From the NCBI RefSeq assembly GCF_006345805.1, contig NW_021836831.1, positions 1 to 36,768 of the forward strand: a stretch of 36,768 nucleotides of DNA. The letters are read 5' to 3'. Of this stretch, positions 35,530 through 36,768 are shown in pieces (within the stretch, counting starts at the first letter, position 1; every line of letters begins with the position of its first letter). Both the position numbers and the translations under genes were made by a program. Under the pieces are notes generated by a model. That model was not told the DNA's origin. It made no database searches and worked only from the letters and a program-made list of their open reading frames with translations. Origin of the DNA: Octopus sinensis. Taxonomy: Eukaryota.

Positions 35530-35709
35530 TGCTGCACTGCCACCAACCTAAAAACGAAAAAAAGACTCTCTGGTATAGTGGTTGCGAGATATCTCGTCAG
35601 CCAGGGAGCTGACTTTCACCATAAAAACAACAAAAATAACAGACCATTGGACCTCATTAAGGACCCAGATTTGAGAAAAAACTTAGAAACATTTTTACAA
35701 CCACATTAA
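35530..35709 (+). CDS. Ankyrin-repeat gene exon ending in a stop
   Basis: TTTGTAG acceptor. CCTATNLKTKKRLSGIVVARYLVSQGADFHHKNNKNNRPLDLIKDPDLRKNLETFLQPH* contains the ankyrin LV..GAD....N....PLDL motif and is in frame with the previous exon. Confidence 0.8.
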   Translation, partial: CCTATNLKTKKRLSGIVVARYLVSQGADFHHKNNKNNRPLDLIKDPDLRKNLETFLQPH

Positions 35710-36417
35710 GTATTTCCTGGCAATGGAACGGATAAACCAATACATTTCCTATTTTGTATATAATCATATTTATATGTTTATTTCGTTTCAATTCTACGAT
35801 ATACATTATACTGTCGCTAGTGTCTTTGTCAGAGGCCACACAAAAAACAATATGCAGTTGTTAGGAGATCAAAGAAAGAACACGATTTTGATTACATTCA
35901 CATGATTCGTAGTGTTGATAGTTATACTTCACTGTCCACCCCCACCTACTCCTCTTCGTTCCCTATTTTAAAGATTTTTGATCAATAGGAAAATATAGAT
36001 CTAAATAATGAAGTGAATGAATTCCATTTTGAAACTGTTACTTAGTAATAATTGGAATTTATCTGTCTACCAACTTTTTCTCACTCTTCTAAGTCCGAAT
36101 CAGTCAATATTTCGAATGATTTCATAGAAAAATAACCTACAAACACACACCAACAGTGTATATATTATATATCTGCAGATACTGATGGAACATCGCCACA
36201 TATCTTCAAAGAAAAGAAAAACTGCCTGGAAACGTAAATAATTCAAGTAACACATATACCATTACTAGGTGTTTTAGTCGCCTTTCACTCCCGTATTTTA
36301 TAAGATTTGGCAATTTCTTTGCCATACATCTCTCTGTATTAGCTACTTAAAAAGCAGACACATTTCTCCCTCAGTGAATATACAAAACTTTCTTTGTCTG
36401 TTGAAATTCAAATATTA

Positions 36418-36768
36418 CTCTGCTACTTGTTTCAGTCATTTGACTGCGGCCATGCTGGAGCACCGCCTTTAATCGAAAAAATTCGACCCTAGAACTTATT
36501 CTTTGTAAGGCTAGTACTTATTTGCCGAACCACTAGGTTACGGCAACGTAAACACACCAACAAACAGACAGACAAATATACACACAAACACACACACACA
36601 CATATATATGTGACGTGCTTCTTTCAGTTTCCCTCTACCAAATCCACTCAAAAAGCATTGGTCAGTCCGAAGCTATAGTAGAAGTCACTTGCCCAAAGTG
36701 CCACGCAGTGGGACTGAACCCAGAACCATGTGGTTGGTAAGCAAGCTTCTTACCACATCTACTCCTGC
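36418..36768 (-). mobile_element. SINE-A (runs to window edge)
   Basis: Matches the family consensus seen in the window. Confidence 0.85.

Noticed and set aside
29450-35709. Assigning the gene symbol MIB2 to the ankyrin gene
   Set aside because: Only ankyrin exons are visible. No MIB/HERC2, ZZ or RING domains appear in the window.
13518-36768. tRNA genes at SINE heads
   Set aside because: A/B boxes are present but continue into SINE bodies, with no convincing cloverleaf or acceptor stem.

Overview
AT-rich, microsatellite-dense eukaryotic DNA. The SINE repertoire and repeat content suggest an octopus or other coleoid cephalopod (inference, no search run). The main feature is a near full-length 5.4-kb L1/Tx1-clade non-LTR retrotransposon (13557-18979, +). 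It has a gag-like ORF1 with a CCHC knuckle and a frameshifted APE-RT-zinc-finger ORF2, and it sits inside the tRNA-like head of an abundant SINE (SINE-A) with a perfect 16-bp TSD. A second, divergent element carrying only an ORF1-like sequence (about 4790-5914) ends in the same 3' terminal motif and joins the same SINE family at the same nucleotide. A local paralogous duplication preserves the empty site. A different tRNA-SINE family (SINE-C) carries a 3' tail matching the LINE's 3' end, including a 4-bp-stem/5-nt-loop hairpin. Together these suggest a SINE-targeting Tx1 system with two kinds of non-autonomous dependants. The window also holds four spliced exons of an ankyrin-repeat gene (29448-35709, +), RTE and CR1-like LINE fragments, a hAT MITE, a non-autonomous Helitron, several foldback or palindromic MITEs, a 1.2-1.6 kb local duplication with a candidate exon, and an unidentified 2.6-kb block (about 2200-4790).
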